Source: the human T2T-CHM13v2.0 reference genome, Homo sapiens
Assembly: GCF_009914755.1 (NCBI RefSeq)
Contig: NC_060925.1
DNA length: 64,000 nucleotides
Direction: 5' to 3' (one strand)
The notes under the pieces are model-generated. The model saw only the letters and a program-made list of their open reading frames with translations. It ran no database searches and had not been told where the DNA came from. Position 1 is the first letter of the stretch, and the number at the start of each line of letters is the position of its first letter. The translations under genes and the position numbers were made by a program. Positions 27,406-41,000 of the stretch are shown here, piece after piece.

Positions 27406-30400
27406 CAATCATCATCGAATGGAATCGAATGGAATCATCGAATGGACTCGAATGGAATAATCATTGAACGGAATCGAATGGAATCATCATCGGATGCAAA
27501 CGAATGGAATCATCATCGAATGGAAATGAAAGGAGTCATCATCTAATGGAATTGCATGGAATCATCATAAAATGGAATCGAATGGAATCAACATCAAATG
27601 GAATCAAATGGAATCATTGAACGGAATTGAATGGAATCATCATCGAATGAATTGAATGCAATCATCGAATGGTCTCGAATGGAATCATCTTCAAATGGAA
27701 TGGAATGGAATCATCGCATAGAATCGAATGGAATTATCATCGAATGCAATCGAATGGCATCAACATCAAACGGAAAAAAACGGAATTATCGAATGGAATC
27801 GAAGAGAATCATCGAATGGACCCGAATGGAATCATCTAATGGAATGGAAAGGAATAATCCATGGACTCGAATGCAATCATCATCGAATGGAATCGAATGG
27901 AATCATCGAATGGACTCGAAGGGAATAATCATTGAACAGAATCGAATGGAATCATCATCGGATGGAAATGAATGGAATCATCATCGAATGGAAATGAAAG
28001 GAGTCATCATCTAATGGAATTGCATGGAATCATCATAAAATGGAATCGAATGGAATCAACATCAAATGGAATCAAATGGAATCATTGAACGGAATTGAAT
28101 GGAATCGTCATCGAATGAATTGAATGCAGTCATCTAATGGTCTCGAATGGAATCATCTTCAAATGGAATGGAATGGAATCATCGCATAGAATCGAATGGA
28201 ATTATCATCGAATGGAATCGAATGGAATCAACATCAAACGGAAAAAAACGGAATTATCGTATGGAATCGAAGAGAATCATCGAATGGACCCAAATGGAAT
28301 CATCTAATGGAATGGAATGGAATAATCCATGGACTCGAATGTAATCATCATCGAATGGAATCGAATGGAATCATCGAATGGACTCGAATGGAATAATCAT
28401 TGAACGGAATCGAATGGAATCATCATCGGATGGAAATGAATGCAATCATCATCGAATGGAATCGAATAGAATTATGGAATGAAATCCAGTGTGATCATCA
28501 TCGAATGGACCCGAATGGAATCATCATCCAACGGAAGCTAATGGAATCAACATCGAATGAATCGAATGGAAACACCATCGAATTGAAACGAATGGAATTA
28601 TCATGAAATTGAAATGGATGGACTAATCATCGAATGGATTCGAATGGAATCATCGAATAAAATTGATTGAAATCATCATCAAATGGAATCGAATGGTATC
28701 ATTGAATGGAATCGAATGGAATCATCATCAGATGGAAATGAATGGAATCGTCATAGAATGGAATCGAATGGATTCATTGAATGGAATCAGATGGAATCAT
28801 CGAATGGACTGGAATGGAATCATTGAATGGACTCGAAAGGGATCATTATTGAATGGAATTGAATGGAATCATCGAATGGTCTCGATTGGAATCATTATCA
28901 AATGGAATCGAATGGAATCACCGAATAGAATCGAATGGAACAATCATCGAATGGACTCAAATGGAATTATCCTCAAATGGAATCGAATGGAATTATCGAA
29001 TGCAATCGAATGGAATTATCGAATGCAATCGAATAGAATCATCGAATGGACTCGAATGGAATCATCGAATGGAATGGAATGGAACAGTCAATGAACTCGA
29101 ATGGAATCATCATTGAATGGAATCGAATGGAATCATCGAGTGGAATCGAATGGAATTATGATCAAATGGAATCGAATGTAATCATCATCAAATGGAATAA
29201 AAAATAACCATCATCAATTGGTATTGAATGGAATTGTCATCAAATGGAATTCAAAGGAATCATCATCAAATGGAACCGAATGGAATCCTCATTGAATGGA
29301 AATGAAAGGGGTCATCATCTAATGGAATCGCATGGAATCATCATCAAATGGAATCGAATGGAATCATCATCAAATGGAATCTAATGGAATCATTGAAAAG
29401 AATTGAATGGAATCGTCATCGAATGAATTGAATGCAATCATCGAATGGTCTCGAATGGAATCATCTTCTAATGGAAAGGAATGTAATCATCGCATAGAAT
29501 CGAATGGAACTGTCATCGAATGGAATCGAATGGTATCAACACCAAACGGAAAAAAACGGAATTTTCGAATGGAATCGAAGAGAATCTTCGAACGGACCCG
29601 AATGGAATCGTCTAATGGAATGGAATGGAATAATCCATGGACTGGAAGGCAATCATCATCGAATGGAATCGAATGGAATCATCGAATGGACTCGAATGGA
29701 ATAATCATTGAACGGAATCGAATGGAATCATCATCGGATGGAAACGAATGGAATCATCATCGAATGGAAATGAAAGGAGTCATCATCTAATGGAATGGCA
29801 TGGAATCATCATAAAATGGAATCGAATGGAATCAACATCAAATGGAATCAAATGGAATCATTGAACGGAATTGAATGGAATCATCATCGAATGAATTGAA
29901 TGCAATCATCGAATGGTCTCGAATGGAATCATCTTCAAATGGAATGGAATGGAATCATCGCATAGAATCGAATGGAATTATCATCGAATGCAATCGAATG
30001 GCATCAACATCAAACGGAAAAAAACGGAATTATCGAATGGAATCGAAGAGAATCATCGAATGGACCCGAATGGAATCATCTAATGGAATGGAATGGAATA
30101 ATCCATGGACTCGAATGCAATCATCATCGAATGGAATCGAATGGAATCATCGAATGGACTCGAAGGGAATAATCATTGAACAGAATCGAATGGAATCATC
30201 ATCGGATGGAAATGAATGGAATCATCATCGAATGGAAATGAAAGGAGTCATCAGCTAATGGAATTGCATGGAATCATCATAAAATGGAATCGAATGGAAT
30301 CAACATCAAATGGAATCAAATGGAATCATTGAACGGAATTGAATGGAATCGTCATCGAATGAATTGAATGCAATCATCTAATGGTCTCGAATGGAATCAT

Positions 30401-33400
30401 CTTCAAATGGAATAGAATGGAATCATCGCATAGAATCGAATGGAATTATCATCGAATGGAATCGAATGGAATCAACATCAAACGGAAAAAAACGGAATTA
30501 TCGAATGGAATCGAAGAGAATCATCGAATGGACCCGAATGGAATCATCTAATGGAATGGAATGGAATAATCCATGGACTCGAATGCAATCATCATCGAAT
30601 GGAATCGAATGGAATCATCGAATGGACTCGAAGGGAATAATCATTGAACAGAATCGAATGGAATCATCATCGGATGGAAATGAATGGAATCATCATCGAA
30701 TGGAAATGAAAGGAGTCATCATCTAATGGAATTGCATGGAATCATCATAAAATGGAATCGAATGGAATCAACATCAAATGGAATCAAATGGAATCATTGA
30801 ACAGAATTGAATGGAATCGTCATCGAATGAATTGAATGCAATCATCGAATGGTCTCGAATGGAATCATCTTCAAATGGAATGGAATGGAATCATCGCATA
30901 GAATCGAATGGAATTATCATCGAATGGAATCGAATGGAATCAACATCAAACGGAAAAAAACGGAATTATCGAATGGAATCGAAGAGAATCATCGAATGGA
31001 CCCGAATGGAATCATCTAATGGAATGGAATGGAATAATCCATGGACACGAATGCAATCATCATCGAATGGAATCGAATGGAATCATCGAATGGACTCGAA
31101 TGGAATAATCATTGAACGGAATCGAATGGAATCATCATCGGATGGAAATGAATGGAATCATCATCGAATGGAATCGAATAGAATTATGGAATGAAATCCA
31201 GTGTGATCATCATCGAATGGACCCGAATGGAATCATCATCCAACGGAAGCTAATGGAATCAACATCGAATGAATCAAATGGAAACACCATCGAATTGAAA
31301 CGAATGGAATTACCATGAAATTGAAATGGATGGACTCATCATCGAATGGATTCGAAAGGAATCATCGAATAAAATTGATTGAAATCATCATCGAATGGAA
31401 TCGAATGGTATCATTGAATGGAATCGAATGGAATCATCATCAGATGGAAATGAATGGAATCGTCATAGAATGGAATCGAATGGATTCATTGAATGGAATC
31501 AGATGGAATCATCGAATGGACTGGAATGGAATCATTGAATGGACTCGAAAGGGATCATTATTGAATGGAATTGAATGGAGTCATCGAATGGTCTCGATTG
31601 GAATCATTATGAAATGGAATCGAATGGAATCACCGAATAGAATCGAATGGAACAATCATCGAATGGACTCAAATGGAATTATCCTCAAATGGAATGGAAT
31701 GGAATTATCGAATGCAATCGAATGGAATTATCGAATGCAATCGAATAGAATCATCGAATGGACTCGAATGGAATCATCGAATGGAATGGAATGGAACAGT
31801 CAATGAACTCGAATGGAATCATCATTGAATGGAATCGAATGCAATCATCGAGTGGAATCGAATGGAATTATGATCAAATGGAATCGAATGTAATCATCAT
31901 CAAATGGAATCAAAAATAACCATCATCAATTGGTATTGAATAGAATTGTCATCAAATGGAATTCAAAGGAATCATCATCAAATGGAACCGAATGGAATCC
32001 TCATTGAATGGAAATGAAAGGGGTCATCATCTAATGGAATCACATGGAATCATCGTCAAATGGAATCGAATGGAATCATCATCAAATGGAATCTGATGGA
32101 ATCATTGAACAGAATTGAATGGAATGGTCATCGAATGAATTGAATGCAATCATCGAATGGTCTCGAATGGAATCATCTTCTAATGGAAAGGAATGGAATC
32201 ATCGCATAGAATCGAATGGAATTATCATCGAATGGAATCGAATGGTATCAACATCAAACGGAAAAAAACGGAATTATCAAATGGAATCGAAGAGAATCTT
32301 CGAACGGACCCGAATGGAATCATCTAATGGAATGGAATGGAATAATCCATGGACTGGAAGGCAATCATCATCGAATGGAATCGAATGGAATCATCGAATG
32401 GACTCGAATGGAATAATCATTGAACGGAATCGAATGGAATCATCATCGGATGGAAACGAATGGAATCATCATCGAATGGAAATGAAAGGAGTCATCATCT
32501 AATGGAATTGCATGGAATCATCATAAAATGGAATCGAATGGAATCAACATCAAATGGAATCAAATGGAATCATTGAACGGAATTGAATGGAATCGTCATC
32601 GAATGAATTGAATGCAATCATCGAATGGTCTCGAATGGAATCATCTTCAAATGGAATGGAATGGAATCATCGCATAGAATCGAATGGAATTATCATCGAA
32701 TGGAATCGAATGGAGTCAACATCAAACGGAAAAAAACGGAATTATCGAATGGAATCGAAGAGAATCATCGAATGGACCCGAATGGAATCATCTAATGGAA
32801 TGGAATGGAATAATCCATGGACTCGAATGCAATCATCATCGAATGGAATCGAATGGAATCATCGAATGGACTCGAATGGAATAATCATTGAACGGAATCG
32901 AATGGAATCATCATCGGATGGAAATGAATGGAATCATCATCGAATGGAATCGAATAGAATTATGGAATGAAATCCAGTGTGATCATCATCGAATGGACCC
33001 GATTGGAATCATCATCCAACGGAAGCTAATGGAATCAACATCGAATGAATCAAATGGAAACACCATCGAATTGAAACGAATGGAATTACCATGAAATTGA
33101 AATGGTGGACTCATCATCGAATGGATTCGAATGGAATCATCGAATAAAATTGATTGAAATCATCATCGAATGGAATCGAATGGTATCATTTAATGGAATC
33201 GAATGGAATCATCATCAGATGGAAATGAATGGAATCGTCATAGAATGGAATCGAATGGATTCATTGAATGGAATCAGATGGAATCATCGAATGGACTGGA
33301 ATGGAATCATTGAATGGACTCGAAAGGGATCATTATTGAATGGAATTGAATGGAATCATCGAATGGTCTCGATTGGAATCATTATCAAATGGAATCGAAT

Positions 33401-36400
33401 GGAATCACCGAATAGAATCGAACGGATCAATCATCGAATGGACTCAAATGGAATTATCCTCCAATGGAATCGAATGGAATTATCGAATGCAATCGAATGG
33501 AACTATCGAATGCAATCGAATAGAATCATCGAATGGACTCGAATGGAATCATCGAATGGAATGGAATGGAACAGTCAATGAACACGAATAGAATCATCAT
33601 TGAATGGAATCGAATGGAATCATCGAGTGGAATCGAATGGAATTATGATCAAATGGAATCGAATGTAATCATCATCAAATGGAATCAAAAATAACCATCA
33701 TCAATTGGTATTGAATGGAATTGTCATCAAATGGAATTCAAAGGAAACATCATCAAATGGAACCGAATGGAATCCTCATTGAATGGAAATGAAAGGGGTC
33801 ATCATCTAATGGAATCGCATGGAATCATCATCAAATGGATTCGAATGGAATCAACATCAAATGGAATCTGATGGAATCATTGAACAGAATTGAATGGAAT
33901 CGTCATCGAATGAATTGAATGCAATCATCCAATGGTCTCGAATGGAATCATCTTCTAATGGAAAGGAATGGAATCATCGCATAGAATCGAATGGAATTAT
34001 CATCGAATGGAATCGAATGCTATCAACACCAAACGGAAAAAAACGGAATTATCGAATGGAATCAAAGAGAATCTTCGAACGGACCCGAATGGAATCATCT
34101 AATGGAATAGAATGCAATAATCCATGGACTGGAAGGCAATCATCATCGAATGGAATCGAATGGAATCATCGAATGGACTCGAATGGAATAATCATTGAAC
34201 GGAATCGAATGGAATCATCATCGGATGCAAACGAATGGAATCATCATCGAATGGAAATGAAAGGAGTCATCATCTAATGGAATTGCATGGAATCATCATA
34301 AAATGGAATCGAATGGAATCAACATCAAATGGAATCAAATGGAATCATTGAACGGAATTGAATGGAATCATCATCGAATGAATTGAATGCAATCATCGAA
34401 TGGTCTCGAATGGAATCATCTTCAAATGGAATGGAATGGAATCATCGCATAGAATCGAATGGAATTATCATCGAATGCAATCGAATGGCATCAACATCAA
34501 ACGGAAAAAAACGGAATTATCGAATGGAATCGAAGAGAATCATCGAATGGACCCGAATGGAATCATCTAATGGAATGGAAAGGAATAATCCATGGACTCG
34601 AATGCAATCATCATCGAATGGAATCGAATGGAATCATCGAATGGACTCGAAGGGAATAATCATTGAACAGAATCGAATGGAATCATCATCGGATGGAAAT
34701 GAATGGAATCATCATCGAATGGAAATGAAAGGAGTCATCATCTAATGGAATTGCATGGAATCATCATAAAATGGAATCGAATGGAATCAACATCAAATGG
34801 AATCAAATGGAATCATTGAACGGAATTGAATGGAATCGTCATCGAATGAATTGAATGCAGTCATCTAATGGTCTCGAATGGAATCATCTTCAAATGGAAT
34901 GGAATGGAATCATCGCATAGAATCGAATGGAATTATCATCGAATGGAATCGAATGGAATCAACATCAAACGGAAAAAAACGGAATTATCGTATGGAATCG
35001 AAGAGAATCATCGAATGGACCCAAATGGAATCATCTAATGGAATGGAATGGAAAAATCCATGGACTCGAATGTAATCATCATCGAATGGAATCGAATGGA
35101 ATCATCGAATGGACTCGAATGGAATAATCATTGAACGGAATCGAATGGAATCATCATCGGATGGAAATGAATGCAATCATCATCGAATGGAATCGAATAG
35201 AATTATGGAATGAAATCCAGTGTGATCATCATCGAATGGACCCGAATGGAATCATCATCCAACGGAAGCTAATGGAATCAACATCGAATGAATCGAATGG
35301 AAACACCATCGAATTGAAACGAATGGAATTATCATGAAATTGAAATGGATGGACTAATCATCGAATGGATTCGAATGGAATCATCGAATAAAATTGATTG
35401 AAATCATCATCAAATGGAATCGAATGGTATCATTGAATGGAATCGAATGGAATCATCATCAGATGGAAATGAATGGAATCGTCATAGAATGGAATCGAAT
35501 GGATTCATTGAATGGAATCAGATGGAATCATCGAATGGACTGGAATGGAATCATTGAATGGACTCGAAAGGGATCATTATTGAATGGAATTGAATGGAAT
35601 CATCGAATGGTCTCGATTGGAATCATTATCAAATGGAATCGAATGGAATCACCGAATAGAATCGAATGGAACAATCATCGAATGGACTCAAATGGAATTA
35701 TCCTCAAATGGAATCGAATGGAATTATCGAATGCAATCGAATGGAATTATCGAATGCAATCGAATAGAATCATCGAATGGACTCGAATGGAATCATCGAA
35801 TGGAATGGAATGGAACAGTCAATGAACTCGAATGGAATCATCATTGAATGGAATTGAATGGAATCATCGAGTGGAATCGAATGGAATTATGATCAAATGG
35901 AATCGAATGTAATCATCATCAAATGGAATAAAAAATAACCATCATCAATTGGTATTGAATGGAATTGTCATCAAATGGAATTCAAAGGAATCATCATCAA
36001 ATGGAACCGAATGGAATCCTCATTGAATGGAAATGAAAGGGGTCATCATCTAATGGAATCGAATGGAATCATCATCAAATGGAATCTAATGGAATCATTG
36101 AAAAGAATTGAATGGAATCGTCATCGAATGAATTGAATGCAATCATCGAATGGTCTCGAATGGAATCATCTTCTAATGGAAAGGAATGTAATCATCGCAT
36201 AGAATCGAATGGAACTATCATCGAATGGAATCGAATGGTATAAACACCAAACGGAAAAAAACGGAATTTTCGAATGGAATCGAAGAGAATCTTCGAACGG
36301 ACCCGAATGGAATCGTCTAATGGAATGGAATGGAATAATCCATGGACTGGAAGGCAATCATCATCGAATGGAATCGAATGGAATCATCGAATGGACTCGA

Positions 36401-38040
36401 ATGGAATAATCATTGAACGGAATCGAATGGAATCATCATCGGATGGAAACGAATGGAATCATCATCGAATGGAAATGAAAGGAGTCATCATCTAATGGAA
36501 TGGCATGGAATCATCATAAAATGGAATCGAATGGAATCAACATCAAATGGAATCAAATGGAATCATTGAACGGAATTGAATGGAATCATCATCGAATGAA
36601 TTGAATGCAATCATCGAATGGTCTCGAATGGAATCATCTTCAAATGGAATGGAATGGAATCATCGCATAGAATCGAATGGAATTATCATCGAATGCAATC
36701 GAATGGCATCAACATCAAACGGAAAAAAACGGAATTATCGAATGGAATCGAAGAGAATCATCGAATGGACCCGAATGGAATCATCTAATGGAATGGAATG
36801 GAATAATCCATGGACTCGAATGCAATCATCATCGAATGGAATCGAATGGAATCATCGAATGGACTCGAAGTGAATAATCATTGAACAGAATCGAATGGAA
36901 TCATCATCGGATGGAAATGAATGGAATCATCATCGAATGGAAATGAAAGGAGTCATCAGCTAATGGAATTGCATGGAATCATCATAAAATGGAATCGAAT
37001 GGAATCAACATGAAATGGAATCAAATGGAATCATTGAACGGAATTGAATGGAATCGTCATCGAATGAATTGAATGCAATCATCTAATGGTCTCGAATGGA
37101 ATCATCTTCAAATGGAATAGAATGGAATCATCGCATAGAATCGAATGGAATTATCATCGAATGGAATCGAATGGAATCAACATCAAACGGAAAAAAACGG
37201 AATTATCGAATGGAATCGAAGAGAATCATCGAATGGACCCGAATGGAATCATCTAATGGAATGGAATGGAATAATCCATGGACTCGAATGCAATCATCAT
37301 CGAATGGAATCGAATGGAATCATCGAATGGACTCGAAGGGAATAATCATTGAACAGAATCGAATGGAATCATCATCGGATGGAAATGAATGGAATCATCA
37401 TCGAATGGAAATGAAAGGAGTCATCATCTAATGGAATTGCATGGAATCATCATAAAATGGAATCGAATGGAATCAACATCAAATGGAATCAAATGGAATC
37501 ATTGAACAGAATTGAATGGAATCGTCATCGAATGAATTGAATGCAATCATCGAATGGTCTCGAATGGAATCATCTTCAAATGGAATGGAATGGAATCATC
37601 GCATAGAATCGAATGGAATTATCATCGAATGGAATCGAATGGAATCAACATCAAACGGAAAAAAACGGAATTATCGAATGGAATCGAAGAGAATCATCGA
37701 ATGGACCCGAATGGAATCATCTAATGGAATGGAATGGAATAATCCATGGACACGAATGCAATCATCATCGAATGGAATCGAATGGAATCATCGAATGGAC
37801 TCGAATGGAATAATCATTGAACGGAATCGAATGGAATCATCATCGGATGGAAATGAATGGAATCATCATCGAATGGAATCGAATAGAATTATGGAATGAA
37901 ATCCAGTGTGATCATCATCGAATGGACCCGAATGGAATCATCATCCAACGGAAGCTAATGGAATCAACATCGAATGAATCAAATGGAAACACCATCGAAT
38001 TGAAACGAATGGAATTACCATGAAATTGAAATGGATGGAG
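24136..38040 (+). repeat. Tandem duplication with unequal copies: ~24136-31334 (7199 bp) and ~31335-38040 (6705 bp)
   Basis: The offset steps from 7199 (24116/31315, 24920/32119) to 6731 (25856/32587, 27163/33894, 28663/35394) to 6705 (29875/36580, 30811/37516), i.e. one 468-bp module and one 26-bp cell fewer in copy 2. Shared private variants: 'aacggatcaa', 'ggatgcaaac', 'tgcagtcatct', 'gtcatcagct', 'catggacacg'. Confidence 0.87.
29300..31175 (+). repeat. Run of four 468-bp modules (copied at ~36005-37880)
   Basis: Module starts at 29407, 29875, 30343, 30811, and again at 36112, 36580, 37048, 37516. Confidence 0.88.
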
Positions 38041-41000
38041 TCATCATCGAATGGATTCGAATGGAATCATCGAATAAAATTGATTGAAATCATCATCGAA
38101 TGGAATCGAATGGTATCATTGAATGGAATCGAATGGAATCATCATCAGATGGAAATGAATGGAATCGTCATAGAATGGAATCGAATGGATTCATTGAATG
38201 GAATCAGATGGAATCATCGAATGGACTGGAATGGAATCATTGAATGGACTCGAAAGGGATCATGATTTAATGGAATTGAATGGAATCATCGAATGGTCTC
38301 GATTGGAATCATTATCAAATGGAATCGAATGGAATCACCGAATAGAATCGAATGGAACAATCATCGAATGGACTCAAATGGAATTATCCTCAAATGGAAT
38401 GGAATGGAATTATCGAATGCAATCGAATGGAATTATCGAATGCAATCGAATAGAATCATCGAATGGACTCGAATGGAACCATCGAATGGAATGGAATGGA
38501 ACAGTCAATGAACTCGAATGGAATCATCATTGAATGGAATCGAATGGAATCATCGAGTGGAATCGAATGGAATTATGATCAAATGGAATCGAATGTAATC
38601 ATCATCAAATGGAATCAAAAATAACCATCATCAATTGGTATTGAATGGAATTGTCATCAAATGGAATTCAAAGGAATCATCATCAAATGGAACCGAATGG
38701 AATCCTCATTGAATGGAAATGAAAGGGGTCATCATCTAATGGAATCCCATGGAATCATCATCAAATGGAATCGAATGGAATCATCATCAAATGGAATCTG
38801 ATGGAATCATTGAACAGAATTGAATGGAATCGTCATCGAATGAATTGAATGCAATCATCGAATGGTCTCGAATGGAATCATCTTCTAATGGAAAGGAATG
38901 GAATCATCACTTAGAATCGAATGGAATTAACATTGAATGGACTCGAATGGAATCAACATCAAACGGAATCAAGCGGAATTATCGAATGGAATCGAAGAGA
39001 ATCATCGAATGGATTCGAATGGAATAATCTAATGGAATTGAATGGAATAATCCACGGACCCGAATGCAATCATCATCGTGTAGAATCGAATGGAATCATC
39101 GAATGGACTCGAATGGAATAATCATTGAACGGAATCGAATGGAATCATCATCGGATGGAAACGAATGGAATCATCATCGAATGGAAATGAAAGGAGTCAT
39201 CATCTAATGGAATTGCATGGAATCATCATAAAATGGAATCGAATGGAATCAACATCAAATGGAATCAAATGGAATCATTGAACGGAATTGAATGGAATCG
39301 TCATCGAATGAATTGAATGCAATCATCGAATGGTCTCGAATGGAATCATCTTCAAATGGAATGGAATGGAATCATCGCATAGAATCGAATGGAATTATCA
39401 TCGAATGGAATCGAATGGAATCAACATCAAACGGAAAAAAACGGAATTATCGAATGGAATCGAAGAGAATCATCGAATGGACCCGAATGGAATCATCTAA
39501 TGGAATGGAATGGAATAATCCATGGACTCGAATGCAATCATCATCGAATGGAATCGAATGGAATCATCGAATGGACTCGAATGGAATAATCATTGAACGG
39601 AATCGAATGGAATCATCATCGGATGGAAATGAATGGAATCATCATCGAATGGAATCGAATAGAATTATGGAATGAAATCCAGTGTGATCATCATCGAATG
39701 GACCCGAATGGAATCATCATCCAACGGAAGCTAATGGAATCAACATCGAATGAATCAAATGGAAATACCATCGAATTGAAACGAATGGAATTACCATGAA
39801 ATTGAAATGGATGGACTCATCATCGAATGGATTCGAATGGAATCATCGAATAAAATTGATTGAAATCATCATCGAATGGAATCGAATGGTATCATTGAAT
39901 GGAATCGAATGGAATCATCATCAGATGGAAATGAATGGAATCGTCATAGAATGGAATCGAATGGATTCATTGAATGGAATCAGATGGAATCATCGAATGG
40001 ACTGGAATGGAATCATTGAATGGACTCGAAAGGGATCATGATTGAATGGAATTGAATGGAATCATCGAATGGTCTCGATTGGAATCATTATCAAATGGAA
40101 TCGAATGGAATCACCGAATAGAATCGAATGGAACAATCATCAAATGGACTCAAATGGAATTATCCTCAAATGGAAACGAATGGAATTATCGAATGCAATC
40201 GAATGGAATTATCGAATGCAATCGAATAGAATCATCGAATGGACTCGAATGGAATCATCGAATGGAATGGAATGGAACAGTCAATGAACTCGAATGGAAT
40301 CATCATTGAATGGAATCGAATGGAATCATCGAGTGGAATCGAATGGAATTATGATCAAATGGAATCGAATGTAATCATCATCAAATGGAATCAAAAATAA
40401 CCATCATCAATTGGTATTGAATGGAATTGTCATCAAATGGAATTCAAAGGAATCATCATCAAATGGAACCGAATGGAATCCTCATTGAATGGAAATGAAA
40501 GGGGTCATCATCTAATGGAATCGCATGGAATCATCATCAAATGGAATCGAATGGAATCATCATCAAATGGAATCTAATGGAATCATTGAAAAGAATTGAA
40601 TGGAATCGTCATCGAATGAATTCAATGCAATCATCGAATGCTCTCGAATGGAATCATCTTCTAATGGAAAGGAATGGAATCATCGCATAGAATCGAATGG
40701 AATTATCATCGAATGGAATCGAATGGTATCAACACCAAACGGAAAAAAACGGAATTTTCGAATGGAATCGAAGAGAATCTTCGAACGGACCCGAATGGAA
40801 TCATCTAATGGAATGGAATGGAATAATTCATGGACTCGAATGCAATAATCATCGAATGGAATCGAATGGAATCATCGAATGGACTCGAATGGAATAATCA
40901 TTGAACGGAATCGAATGGAATCATCATCGGATGGAAACGAATGGAATCATCATCGAATGGAAATGAAAGGAGTCATCATCTAATGGAATTGCATGGAATC

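Noticed and set aside
36166-36357. The single minus-strand ORF (63 aa)
   Set aside because: It is the reverse translation of an ordinary A module in which private substitutions removed stop codons; there is no inversion or foreign sequence.
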